This document shows positions 10,786 through 23,403 of a stretch of 64,000 bases of DNA, in pieces (positions within the stretch are counted from its first letter, which is position 1; the number at the start of each line of letters is the position of its first letter). Under the pieces are notes generated by a model. The model saw only the letters and a list, made by a program, of their open reading frames with translations, had not been told where the DNA came from and did no database searches. The DNA comes from Eledone cirrhosa (lineage: Eukaryota). The position numbers were made by a program, and so were the translations under genes. The DNA lies in assembly GCA_964016885.1 (NCBI GenBank), contig OZ024751.1, forward strand, positions 27,590,001 to 27,654,000, in the 5' to 3' direction.

Positions 10786-12040
10786 TGGACTCTTTAGCCA
10801 CCCTCCTTATAATGTATCGCATGAGATGGAAGTTGTCGTGGATGGATCTCTTGGGAATAGCACATGTCTGTATCTCCCCTAACATACCACCAATGACAAG
10901 TGCTAACCTCGTTGCTAACACCTTGGCCAAAATTTTGAACTCTGCATTTAGCAGAGTTATGGGCCTAAAATTATTTATATTGTCTCCCTTGTTCAAGTCT
11001 TTTCTCAGCAGTGCCACCAATCCATGGCTCACAGAACAGGGGATTCTCCCATTCTGCTGCCTGTTGCAGTAAACGTCTGGCAAGAGGTCACAAAACAAAT
11101 CTGGCATATAAACATAAAGCTCGTAGGGCAGACCATCTAATCCATGCGATTTGCCTTTCGTGCAGTCAGCTAATGCCTCCTGTATCTCAACGACTGTTAT
11201 TGGCTTTTCACAACACTCTGCCTCCGTCACCGACAGCTGCGGTAGACCGTCGAGATAGGTTGTGAAGTACATCTCGCAATCTGGCCCGCCACCGCTCCCG
11301 AACAGTCAGGCAAAGTGTTGCTGAAAAGTTGCACACATCTGCTTGGTTTTGAGTAACATGCACCGATCGTGGTGCACCAAAGATCAGATTATGGCTTTGT
11401 TGCCTTGCAGTCCCTTTATGTCTAAGAGCACGTGCCTTAACTCTGACCATGGAAGTCTTCATGCTTAGCATTGAAGAATTGGTCTAGGGCCAATCTCACC
11501 GCAAGAATGTTGGTTGCGATGCCTTTGCTAATTGCCTCTTCTGGTTTTTTCCCTAGTTCCCTCTTTACTCTAGTTTTCTCTATTGCTACAGCTTTGCTAA
11601 ATCTTATTGATTCTACTTTAATCGTTCTTTTCAGGGTATACCACCACTTGATCTTGACGATTTCCCCTGTCAACGCCCGCTTAACTAATTCACTAATCCA
11701 GTCTCTGTAGGCTTTGCATGTTGAGAATGAGGTGTTTACAGTAACCGGGTCCTTGCCTATGGAGCCTATCTAGATCTACTACACATGTCACAAATTTGTG
11801 GTCTGTGTATTCAACTGTTTTAAATTGTGGACAACTTACGCTATCCCTGTCTACTTCCCTACAGAATACCCTATCTCGATATGATCTGGATGACCTGATG
11901 CGGTTTGTCCATGTCCACATTGGTGCATTCTGAAAATCCAGTTGGTATCTGTCAGGCAGTTGGAAGTATCTCAGCAGATTTGCGAGGCTTTTACATCCTC
12001 CTCCCCTATCCACTAATTCCACACAATAGATGTATGCCTC
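10786..12040 (-). mobile_element. Tx1/L1-clade LINE fragment (EN-RT junction)
   Basis: GKSHGLDGLPYELY, NFRPITLLNAEFKILAKVLATRL, QTCAIPKRSIHDN; upstream WTW..SYRDR..TDHK endonuclease end. Confidence 0.85.
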
Positions 12041-12065
12041 AATAATTTCTAATCTCTTCTTCCAG

Positions 12066-12149
12066 CATGGCATAGATAGTTATTCCAAGTTGGCTGATTC
12101 CAACAGGAACAAATCTCGAACTGCAGGAGAATTGGCATTAGAAATTAGA
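12066..12149 (+). CDS. AGBL2: Probable 84-nt exon, duplicate A: HGIDSYSKLADSNRNKSRTAGELALEIR
   Basis: cttcttccag acceptor, gtgagt donor, phase 0-0, open frame; paralogous to 13970-14053. Confidence 0.68.
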
Positions 12150-13969
12150 GTGAGTAATATTTAGATATAATATTATTTCTAGAATCCAAGTGTCAGACGC
12201 CATGTTTGCAGAATAGAGTTACGTCCCTTTACGTTCTGAGTTAAAATCCCACACGAGGTTAGCTTAGCCTTTCATCCTTATGGGGGTCGATTTAATCAAT
12301 TTCCCTCTCACTTTCAACTTGCTGGCCTTGTGCCTAAAGTAGAAACAATTATTTCTAGAATCCAGTGAAATCTTATTCAGATTCTGAAAATATGATTCCT
12401 CTAATGAAAAATACTACCTAGCATTTGCAGATAATTTTGAAAATAATCAAGAATTTCAAGGGATTTAGTAATATGCCATATATAGTCATGTGTGTGACAA
12501 AACAATTGATAATAAAATGAGAGGAGGAAGGTTAACTTATATTCAAGGTCAATATTTTGCCAATTTTCACCAACTTCAACATCTTATAAGTATAAATGGA
12601 ACCAACCAAAATATCTGTAGTGATATATACAGATATTTCCAGTAATTTCCATGAGTGGAAATGACAATATTTTAAAAACTTCTACCTTTGTACTTGTATC
12701 AGAAAATACGTCTGCACAATATGAAATTTTATGTCTGTTGCAAGGAAACAAACTAATGTGGAAACAGTACATACTCTTACATACATGTCTTTTGACACAA
12801 ACTGAAGTTTCCTCCTAACCCCTTTCTACAGCTGGATGTTCTTCCTATCACCAACCACTTTACAGAGTGTACTGGGTGCGTTTATTGCCAGCACTAGAGA
12901 GGCTGTCATGTCCTTGACACAACTAAAAGGCCCTCCTCTAAATCTCCATTATATATATAGTAATAATAAATGTGAAGACTAAAATCCAAAGAGGGCTCAA
13001 TAAGGATTATATATATATAAAATATATATAAACCCTTAGAGCAAATATTTATTATAAGAACAGATTAAAGAATCACTGCTTTCACCCTTAACGAGATCTT
13101 CTGAAACAGTTTCAGAAGATCCCGTTAAAAGTGAAAGCAGCGATTCTTTGCTTAAACTTTAATCTGTTCTTATAATATATATATATAAAGAAAGAGAGAG
13201 AGTTAATTCCACAACAAATTATCAAACCATATTCAAGGACATGTGTTTCATTATGTATGGTTGCAGTGAGAATGGAAGTATATATGAGCTGACTGGATTC
13301 TGTGTGGCAGATGTCGGTAAATTGCTGACAAGAGTAACAACTCAAATTAGACTGTTGTGGGGTGGGCAGCTTTACGTTAGTTCAGTCCAGGTTAAATTTC
13401 TGGCTATCCTGGATCCTTTCAACTACTCCCAACATGTGAGTGGTTGGAAGTAAACAAAAATTCAAGTAACCTGTTGAAACTATAAAATGGAAGAAATGGC
13501 GTTATGAAACAGAAATTATTTTCTATATGACACTGAAAACATCAAAATATTCAAATTTCAGAAATATATTTTATACTCATAAGAATTTCAAAACCACACC
13601 ATCTAAGCTACCTCAGCTTATAAAGGGAGTTTGGATTTTTGCCTGTTTCTCAGCCATAAAATAGGGGGTTGTCTTATATTTGAGTATATACAGTAAGTCC
13701 TTGGCAGGACTAAAAAGTCATGTTTCTGACACCCATGTATAAGAAAAGGATCAAGTGATGACAATTCTTGAAATGAAGATATAGCCATCATGTGTCTGCA
13801 TATACACACACATACATACACACATATACATACACACACATACATACACACATATACATACACACACTTCACACACCTATGCATGCACATACACATATAC
13901 TCACACACACACATGACTAAAAACTAACATTAGATTTTATTAACAATAATTTTTACTATTTCTTTCCAG

Positions 13970-14053
13970 CATCACAAAGATAAATATACCAAGTCTGCTG
14001 ACTCCAACAGAAGCGAATCTTTACCTCGAACACAACTCGCATTAGAATTTAGA
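13970..14053 (+). CDS. AGBL2: Probable 84-nt exon, duplicate B: HHKDKYTKSADSNRSESLPRTQLALEFR
   Basis: tctttccag acceptor, gtgggt donor, same length and phase as 12066-12149. Confidence 0.65.
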
Positions 14054-14097
14054 GTGGGTGATATTTAAATAGAAATCTCTTGAATCCAGTGGAATTA

Positions 14098-14910
14098 TCA
14101 TCATTTACATCTGCTGTTCCATGCTTGGATTTGACGGGTCTTTTTCAGCAAAGCCTCCCGCCACTCATCAAAATTCCTTCGTCATCTCCTCTGTGAGATT
14201 CAGTGATTTCAGATTATCTCTCGCCAACTCCTCCCGGGTCTTCCTTCCACTGGGATTTCTTGGCATTTTTTCACCAAATCACATGTCCATACCAGCACAG
14301 TCTTATAACCAGTTTCTCTCACAGTTCATAAATGCTTTGTCCTTCTCTCATGTAAACATGCTTGCTTCAATTCTCACCAGCTATTGCATATCTTCTGTAT
14401 TAACTGCCTATGTCTCACTACCATCCAGCATCACCCTTTGCACACAGGTGTCATAGAATCAACCTTCTGTTTGTAGGAAGAAACATTTTGTTGTCAACCA
14501 CAGTAGTAGTTCCCTAAGCTTCCATTCTCCTCTTATTCTAGCTACTATACTCTCAGAGCACCCTTCTCTATTGTTAATTATATTATCTAGGTAGAAGAGG
14601 CTATCAACCACTTCTATGGATTGGAAAAGGTTTATATTACTGGCACTCTTCATATCAATTGTCCCTAAAAATCTACTCCATACAATGGCTTCCTTTCCTG
14701 TTATTCTGCCTGTTTACCCACAACAACTCCTGTGTACCCAAGATTTGCTTTGTGTACATCACATAGAATTTATGCCTACTCCTTTTCTACATGTCAGATC
14801 ATGATGGAATCAGAGCCTTGTTTTCTGTCCTACTTATTAACACTTTAGTTTTTGCTAAGTTTGTTCTCAGCCCTTTTCATTCTAAGTTCTGTTTCTATCC
14901 ACTTTGTTGT
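14098..14910 (-). mobile_element. Older copy of the PHD-finger RTE LINE
   Basis: Similar to 6619-7608 (IEVVDS, GCSESIVARI, WVHRSC). Confidence 0.75.
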
Positions 14911-15098
14911 TCTACCATCAGGTCACCCTCAATCTAGCTGGTGATTTGCTCCAGCCACATGTCTCATCAATTGTCTGTACTTATTCATTTTATATGTGAC
15001 AGGTGACAGTTGAACACATTATGTACGACAGGTAACAGGTGAATATTTTATATATGACAGTTGAACATTTTATCATTTCATTTTACATTTCCTTCCAG

Positions 15099-15134
15099 CA
15101 AAGTGACCGAGAATTGGGTTTAGAATCATCAAGT
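15099..15134 (+). CDS. AGBL2: Probable 36-nt exon, shortened duplicate C: QSDRELGLESSS
   Basis: ccttccag acceptor; gtgagtaatattta donor context shared with duplicate A; phase 0-0. Confidence 0.6.
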
Positions 15135-15159
15135 GTGAGTAATATTTAAACTTCTTCTT

Positions 15160-16230
15160 CTTTGAGGGGGTTGGGGTGCTAGAATCCTCAGACACTCCCC
15201 CCAGCAGGTCCTGTCAGAAGCAACCGTCTCCAACTGATCCAGCTGGATCCCCAAGTGAGACCAGCCAAGCTCATGGATGTTATCCAACCATCTTGCTCGG
15301 AGTCTACTACTGGTTGATTTTGCCCGTAAAATCTATCCAGCAATTCTTTCCTGAGCCAGCCCTTACCTATGGTCATGAATCTTTGGTAATGACCCAAGAT
15401 TCATGACCATAGGTAAGGGTTGGCATGAAAACCGAATTGAAGAAAGCGAGTTTGTTCACTTGTGAACACAGCTCCAAGTTACTTGAACTTCTCTACATGC
15501 TTCAGTAGAACTCCATTCACATGTAGACTGTACTGCTCAGCTTCCTTGAGAGGACGAGCATCTCAGTTTTTGCAGCACTGATTTTAATTCCAGCAATGCA
15601 GCACTTGGCATCAAACCTATCAAGTGCAAATCAGAGATCACCTGTCGAGTTAAGTAACACCATGTCGTCTGCAAATTCCAGCTGACTTATTCTACACCCG
15701 CCAGTCATGACACCACTTCCAACCCAGCTGCACATGTCAATAATGAACTGGAGAGGTGACAGTATGCACCTTTTGCAGAGCCCGACTCCTACATTGAATG
15801 GTTTCAATTTAGCACCATTTATCTGAACACAAATATTCAGGCATTCGTATAGAGACATCAGGGCAGCAAGAAGCTGACCATTAATCCCATACTCCTGCAC
15901 ATCCTTCCACAGCAGGTCCTGAGGAATGCGGTCATATACCTTCTCATGGTTGACAAAACAAGAATATACCTCTTGGCAATATTCCCACGATTTCTTGAAA
16001 ACCTGCCACAGTGGGAATATTTGGTCAGCTGTGCTGTGTCTGGGACAGAAACCACACTTTATCAGCTAGCTTGGACTCAACAATCTCCCTACATCTCTTT
16101 GCCAGACACTTAACAAGGAGATCTTTCTGTAATTGAAACAATCTCTCGTGCTTTTCTTTTTGAAAACTAGGATTATCACTCCCAATTACCATTGCTGAGG
16201 TGCCTTTCCAGAGATGTGCTCCATACACAA
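15160..16230 (-). mobile_element. RTE-clade (Rex3/Expander-like) LINE 3' fragment
   Basis: EYGINGQLL..SLY..VQING..PFNVGVGL..CILSPL..FADDMVLL. Confidence 0.8.
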
Positions 16231-16566
16231 ACTTATATTATTAGGTTCCAAACACAAGCTTAATAATATAAAAGTTAGTTATTTTATTAAATCCCTTGAA
16301 ATTCTTGATTATGTTTTTAATTATTTGAAAATCCTAGGCAGTACTTCGGAATAAAATGTTTATATTTATCTAAAAAGTTTCCATCATAATTTTATGTAAG
16401 AACCTTTAAATTAATCTCAATAGTGTAAAATTACTAAATCCTTCCAGATTCTTTATTTGAAAACCCTACACAGTGCCTTTTATAAGAAACATGCTAACGA
16501 AAGGGTTAAAAAAAACTATAAATCAAATTAATTCAACTTGACAATTTTTTTCTTTATTATTTCCAG

Positions 16567-16608
16567 AATTCTGATGACAAAAGAATGACTATTGTGAACA
16601 AAACATCA
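16567..16608 (+). CDS. Possible small exon NSDDKRMTIVNKTS (or an alternative terminal exon ending at TAA 16618-16620)
   Basis: Strong acceptor (ttattatttccag) but weak donor gtgaac; read-through meets TAA overlapping AATAAA. Confidence 0.35.
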
Positions 16609-16715
16609 GTGAACCAATAAAGAATTTTGTTAGAAATAAATTCTTCCCTAAATAAGTTTGACAATTTTCTAAATTATTTACCTGAGAGTTTTTGTTTTTG
16701 TTTTGTTAATTATAG

Positions 16716-16779
16716 AGATCTTACTTGGAATATTTATCAAAGAATTGTGGGAAAAGCAGCTTAAATTCTTCTACTATTG
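16716..16779 (+). CDS. Probable AGBL tail exon: RSYLEYLSKNCGKSSLNSSTI
   Basis: T-rich tatag acceptor, G|gtaaca donor, phase 0-1; links in frame to 19812. Confidence 0.5.
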
Positions 16780-17009
16780 GTAACAATATTCTTTACTTTT
16801 TTGGAATATCCCTCCCTTCTTTAACCTTCTTTAATTTTATTTTTTCTGTTACTATAGATGTAGATATGGTTGAGTGGTTAAGGATTCATAACCACATGGT
16901 ATCAGGTTCAGTGTGGTCTTCTGCTGTAACCTTGGGCTCACTGATGCGTTGTCAAAGAAATTTGGTAAATGGAAACTGCAGAAGCACAAACACACGCGCG
17001 CACACACAT

Positions 17010-17057
<48 letters not shown>

Positions 17058-17622
17058 AGGGTGAATGAGTTTGGGTGTATAACCCAACAAATGTATCTGT
17101 CACTGTTGTAACTAATTATATATAGTAATAATAATAATGTGAAGACTAAAATCCAAAGAGGGCTCAATAAGGATAAATATATAAGAACCCTAGATCAAAT
17201 ATTTATTAAAATAACAGATTAAAGTTTAAGCAAAGAATCGCTGCTTTCACCCTTAACGGGATCTTCTGATATTTTCATTCCCGTTAAGGGTGAAAGCAAC
17301 GATTCTTTGCTTAAACTTTAATCTGTTATTTTAATGTATATATATCATCATCATCAACGTTTAACGTCCGTGTTCCACGCTTGCATGGGTTTGGACGGGG
17401 GTAGTCCCACTTGAGGCAAGAGTGATTGTCTTGCTCGCATAGGACTGTCTGGCAGGTTTTCTACAGTTGGATGCCCTTCCTAACACCAACCACATTTACA
17501 GTGTGGGTCTGGGAGGTTTTTACCGTGTTGCCTACACGGCCACATTACAGCGTGGACTGTGTGTTTTTTTGTCGTGACACCTACACGATCTCATTTGTTT
17601 CGGCCTCGATGGCGCGGCACCA

Positions 17623-17668
<46 letters not shown>

Positions 17669-19811
17669 GGTTGGTGTGTAATATTCAGTTACTGATGGCT
17701 CACAATTTGAACTGTCAATGCTATTATCTGGCTCAAGCTATGAATGTAGTATTTATATTGTCACTGGTAGCCGTAACATGTAGTGTTAATAATAAACAAG
17801 TGGGAATGAAAATATCAATTTAGCATCTTCTACATATTTTACTATATTTTATTCACACATCACAATCAATCCACCCCAGGTACAATTGGTATAAATATAT
17901 AACTCTCAGGTCTTCAATAATCATCCCCAACAGCTTATTAATTTTTCAGATTTTTTCCAACCCCACACTTATTAAATTTTGCTAATCTATCTCTGGTGAC
18001 ATTTTATTGTAAGTGATTCATATTGATACAGCAGCTGGAGAATCTAAGAATAATTTTATTTTACATTAAAAAAACATTATATATGACAAAAGGAGAACAT
18101 TACAAGAAATCCCATATTTATGAATGTACACTATACAATTACCAATTTCCCAACCCCTCTATTATTTGGGATCTGAGAGTATATATATGTATATGTATGT
18201 GTGAATGTGTGTGCATATATATATATATATGTACATGTGTGTGTATATGTACGTGTATGTATGTGTCCATGTGTCTGTATTTGTCCCATAACTGAGCACT
18301 TCAACACAAAGGAGATAGATAAAATAAGTACCAGACTTCAAACATAAATAATAGGATCGATATGACTGACTATAAATTCCTATGAGACAGTACTCCAGCA
18401 TGGTCACAGTCTCATAGACTGAAATGAGTAAATAAAATAAAAGATTGAAGGACAGATCTATGATGAGTATTGAAGGTGCCTGATCAATTAACTGTAAATC
18501 TGTAGGACATATGTGAACCCATAACCCTTTATATTACCCTAGACATACTATTATATTTTCACAGTAAACACTTTATTTCACATAATTATCACATAATATC
18601 GCATCTATGAGATTTTAATATATATTTTAAGAACAATATCTTAACATAAGTATGAGAAGCCGGTTATGACCAGTTTGAACAGAAAGAGGTGAGAGAATTT
18701 TGGCCGGATATGGCCGGTTTAAATGCTAAAGGGTTAATGTAATTTTCAGGGAGATTCAGCATGACACGGAGTATGTGACAAGGTTGGCCCTTTTGAATTA
18801 CAGGTACAGTCCAACTTATATTCTAATACAAGTGGCTGAGCATTCCACAAACCTTAACGTAAATATCAGGGAGAGCCAGCATAAAGCTAGCCCTTTGAAT
18901 TACAGGTACAGTTCAACTGATAGGCTTCCACACAGTTTCTGTCTACCCAGTTACAGGTACAGTCCATCTGATGGGCTTCTACACAGTCTCTGTTTACCCA
19001 ATTACAGGTACAATCCATCCAGTGGGCTTCCACAAGGTTTCTGTCTACCCAATTTCACTCACAAAGTTTGGGTCAACCTGAGATTATAGTAAATGATACT
19101 TGCCCAAGATGCCCAGAACCTTTGTGCCATACAGCCATTCTGTGTCTACAACTGATATGGGACCATTTGGAAGGTGGGTCTGAGAACTCTGCCTCCAAAA
19201 CCCTCCCAACAATATGTTTATATATATAATCATATATATGTGATATATATATGTGTCCCACCCTTGCAAGCAAGGAAAAGCGGACATAAAATGATATATA
19301 TATATATATAATTTTATGTCCGTCATCCCTGCTGGCAACTGTTGGACATGCAAAAACCAAGTCAGCAATGAAGCAGACCACTGACCTCTCAGATGGACAG
19401 GAGGGCTACACAGTAGCTATGTTACTACACGGTAGCTATGAAATTTTAGTATTTTTACTCAATGCATCAAACGTTCCACAGTGTGGTTGGGGAAATTGGA
19501 AGCAGACTTTTTTTTGGAATGGTAAGGAGTATTTGAAGTTTGTTTAGCTGCTGTTTCCAGCATGTTATGTGGCTATGAAAGAACCACTTCATTGACTGGT
19601 TTTGTTGCAGTGACTCAGTTTCAGAGGCAATGGGCACTGATTCTTCCTCTAGATCAGTGACTCCATTATCTAAAGTGGCTTCTTTTTCTGTGATTTTAGA
19701 GAGTGATTTAAGGGATATTTAGCTACTATTTCTAGCAATTGAAGCAATTATACAAGTGAGGGTGTGTGTAGTTTGTTGACTTCTCTCTTAAATATGTTTG
19801 TTTGTTTGCAG

Positions 19812-19910
19812 TGCCTAGCAAGAACCATGTTATCTACTTCAATAGTGACGACACATCTCCTGGCCTCAATATTGTAGGCATGAAACTAGATGAAAAATCT
19901 TTGCAGCAGA
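19812..19910 (+). CDS. Probable AGBL tail exon: VPSKNHVIYFNSDDTSPGLNIVGMKLDEKSLQQ
   Basis: tttgcag acceptor, gtaaga donor, phase 1-1, open frame. Confidence 0.55.
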
Positions 19911-20247
19911 GTAAGACTAACTACAACATGTCCTCCAGTCTAACTATTTCTCATATTCTTTCTCTTCCTTCTTCTCTCTTTCATTCTATATCTTCTGATG
20001 ACAGACTAGTGCCCGAAACATGGAGACTCTTTCTCAGATATATCAAGTCTTAAACTAATATATCATTATTATATAATCAACTTCTCCTTCCCTCAAATTT
20101 CTGGTACCAATGTTAGAAATAATTATTACTTCACATTCTCTATATTGACTTCCGTAATCATCACTGTTTATTGTGGAGTTTAAAATACAAACTATAAAGC
20201 CATACCATGAAATTTTTATACATTTCACTGTTTTATTTTGTTTTTAG

Positions 20248-20384
20248 ATAGTTTACTACATGACATATTATGGAGCAAGATAAAAGCAACAAATCCTAGC
20301 AAACAAATTCACAACAGAACTAACAAGCCGAGATATTTTCCTAGTATATTTTATCAAAATGAAGATGAGAAACAAACAGATTTG
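20248..20384 (+). CDS. Probable AGBL tail exon: SLLHDILWSKIK...NEDEKQTDL
   Basis: tttttag acceptor, TTG|gtgagt donor, phase 1-0. Confidence 0.6.
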
Positions 20385-20694
20385 GTGAGTTTTAAACCAT
20401 GTTTAACTGATGTCATACCAAACTGCCCTTCATTGTATGAAACAAAATCAGCCATTTTAAAGGGATCATATTTAAATTAAAATCTTTCAAATAATATTTA
20501 TAAGAACCCTGTTAAGTTACAATCCTAGTAACTAAATAATTAATAATTGTAGTTAATTCCTCAAAATTCTTCATTAATCCATGGAAACAGAATGTATTTC
20601 AAAAGAAATATGGTCACAAAAGGGTTAAAGTATTCCTGTTTAAATAAAAATCTTCCAACAATTTATATAAGACCACTATGTTAATTTACTATTC

Positions 20695-21990
20695 CAGAGG
20701 GGGTCATGAGGGCAGAGTCCTCAAACACTCTTTCCACTGGGTCCTGTCAGAAGAAACCACCAACTGATCGACCTCAAGATCTACCCCAGGGTCTCTTGCC
20801 AGTTGGTTTTGTCCATAAAATCTGTCCAGCAATACTTTCCTGAGACATTCTAACCACATTCCCAAAGTATTGTGAACATAATCCCGAGTTAGTTGAACTT
20901 CTCTACATGCTTCAGTAGAACTCCATTCACATGTAGACTGTACTGCTCAGCTTCCTTGAGAGGACGAGCATCTCATTTTTTGCAGCACTGATTTTCATTC
21001 CAGCCATGCAGCACTTGGCATCAAACCTATCAAGTGCAAGTCGGAGATCACCTTCTGTCGAGTTGAGTAACTCCATGTCGTCTGCTAATTCCACCCGCCA
21101 GTCACTTCCAACCCGACTGCGCATGTCAATCCTGTTCATGTAAATAATGAACAGGAGAGTTGAGAGTATGCACCCTTGGCAGAGTTCAACTCCCACATTG
21201 AATGGTTTCAATTTAGCACCATTTATCTGAACACAAATACTTGGGCATTTGTATACAATAAGCTGTCCATCGAAAACCTGCTGCAGTGTAAATATTTGGT
21301 CGGCTGTGCTGCGTCTGGGGCAAAAACTGCACTGTTCACCAGCTAGCTTGGACGCAACAATCTCCCTGTATCTCTTTGCTAGACACTAAGCATAACCTTT
21401 GTAGGGGAGGCTTAACAAGATCCCACTGTAATTGTCTCCCTTTTTGAAAATTGAGATTATCACTCCTGACTGCCATTGCTTAGGTGCCTTTCCAGAGACC
21501 CAGACCACCTGGCACACACAAGTCAGCCAGAGAATACCTCCTCTATTTAAGGCTTTTAACAGGAGGCCCCCTTGATTCAATCAAGAGGTCAAAGATGCCA
21601 TCTTACAAAGCTTAGCTTGGAAATAAGTCCTCCTCCTTGTACTTGCGGTACAAGCAAGAATGAAAAATTGCAGCAGAGACAGTAAAAGAGTGCAAAGTTA
21701 AGACATGGGAGGACTTTGGGGTTAAGCTGGAATTTGACTTCAGATCAGCAAATATAGTGTTCTGGCAGACCATATGCAGACTTCGTAATAAGTCCTCCTC
21801 CACACCTGCTATCAAGAACGCATCTGGGGTTCTCCTCTCTTCACAGAGGTTCATCCTCATGAGGTGGAGAAAATACTTTGCTGATCTCCTAAACCTGATC
21901 ACAGCATCTTTGGATGTACATGAAATACATCTGGGAGCAGTAACTAATCTCTCAGAGGCTGAAGTCACAAGAGAAGTTAAAGACCTCAAA
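20695..21990 (-). mobile_element. Rex3/Expander-like RTE LINE with inverted 5' segment
   Basis: - strand RT (KAPKQWQSGVIISIFKKGD ... GCILSTLLFIIYMNRI ... LADDM) joined near 21560 to a + strand upstream portion (FWQTICRLR...RWRKYFADLLN...AEVTREVKDL). Confidence 0.8.
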
Positions 21991-22123
21991 TTTACTATCC
22001 TAGTAATGAAATAATTAATAATTTTAGTAAATCCCTTTCAAGAAAAGAAAAAGAGAGAGAGTTACTGATTTTTCATTGTTGAACAAAATTTTTAATTAAT
22101 CGTAAATGTTTTTGTGTTTCCAG

Positions 22124-22187
22124 CAACTATTTGGTAGCAGCCTTAATAAAGGGACATCAAGGAGTTTCATTAATTCTGCAAATAGGA
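22124..22187 (+). CDS. Probable AGBL tail exon: QLFGSSLNKGTSRSFINSANR
   Basis: tgtttccag acceptor, gtaagc donor, phase 0-1. Confidence 0.55.
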
Positions 22188-22240
22188 GTAAGCCTGGCAT
22201 TTTTAATTATAATAGTAAATTAGTTCCTACTCTAGTTTAA

Positions 22241-22461
22241 CCCTTTCTACACAAAACTAGTTGAAACCACACCTGCTTTTATGATACAAAACTCTTCTTT
22301 ATCTTTATATTTCTCTAAAAAACTTCCATCATAATTCTTTATTAAGTTATGTTCCAAACACCAGCTTAATAATGAGAAACTTACTAAATCCCTTAACTAT
22401 TTTCAAAATTATTTGAAATTTACAAGCAGTGTCCTTCATTAGAAAGATGGTAGCAAAAGGG
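22241..22461. mobile_element. piggyBac-like MITE (TTAA-CCCTTT...AAAGGG-TTAA)
   Basis: TTAA on both sides of short CCCTTT/AAAGGG termini. Related internal sequence recurs near 2.9-3.1, 5.6-5.9, 16.2-16.5 and 20.4-20.6 kb. Confidence 0.55.
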
Positions 22462-23272
22462 TTAACTCTTTTGATACCAACCTGCTTTTGCTTGTATGAA
22501 AAAAACCCATTGTGAAGGGTTCCTATTTCTTGACATAGCACTAAAAAGAAAAGGGTAGTCACAGCCGGAATGCCTTTCATTATAGGTTTATACAATTAGA
22601 CAAGGTTGACAGTGCTAAACCATAAATTTACTTTCACTACAAGCAGGAGTTAGCCTTGCCGGCCTCATGGTAAGCTTCTCATTTTTGCACCTATCATCTA
22701 CATCCCACCTGACTTTCATTTCCTCTTCCTCTCACCAAGTCATTTTCATCATGCCTCAACAAATCCTTACCATGTCATTCCATTTTTCTTTACAACATTC
22801 ATTACCATCATTCTCTGCAATTTATTATTTGTCTTCTCTCTTAGCAATACTCCACAGATTCACCAGACCATTCTCATTTCCATTCTTTCCAGCCTTCTCT
22901 GTTACTCCATGTTCATTGCTCATGTCTCACTCCCATACATCATGGCACTTCCCACATATGCAACACTCCTCTCCTCATTAGCACACCACCCAGTTCCCAG
23001 AACTTCTTCTATACACATCTTACACAAGATGCTGTCACAGAGTCTAATCCCCTTTCTCTATTCAATACATCTCCAAGACAACAAAATGTTTTCACATCTT
23101 CCATCTTGGCACCATTCAACAAGATTCAGCTCAACATCCTCTCCATCTCTAGCTCCCTCCATACACACTTAAATGTAACTGCCACATTATTTAATAATCC
23201 TTCACACCACATTTTCCTATCATACATATTTTATATAATAGTTATTTGTTTGTCTTTTTTTTAATACTTCAG

Positions 23273-23403
23273 AATATAAAAATCTACATCCGAGTCTGAC
23301 CCAATCACCATTTATAAAACAAAATATTCCCCTAAGTACGGATCTCACAAGGACCTTAACAGCTTCCAAAAAGACTCTGTATAAGAAACCTTTTGGTCAT
23401 TAA
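23273..23403 (+). CDS. Probable terminal AGBL exon: YKNLHPSLTQSPF...KKPFGH*
   Basis: T-rich cttcag acceptor, phase 1 matching the 22187 donor; TAA at 23401 followed by AATAAA at 23435 and 23488. Confidence 0.55.
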
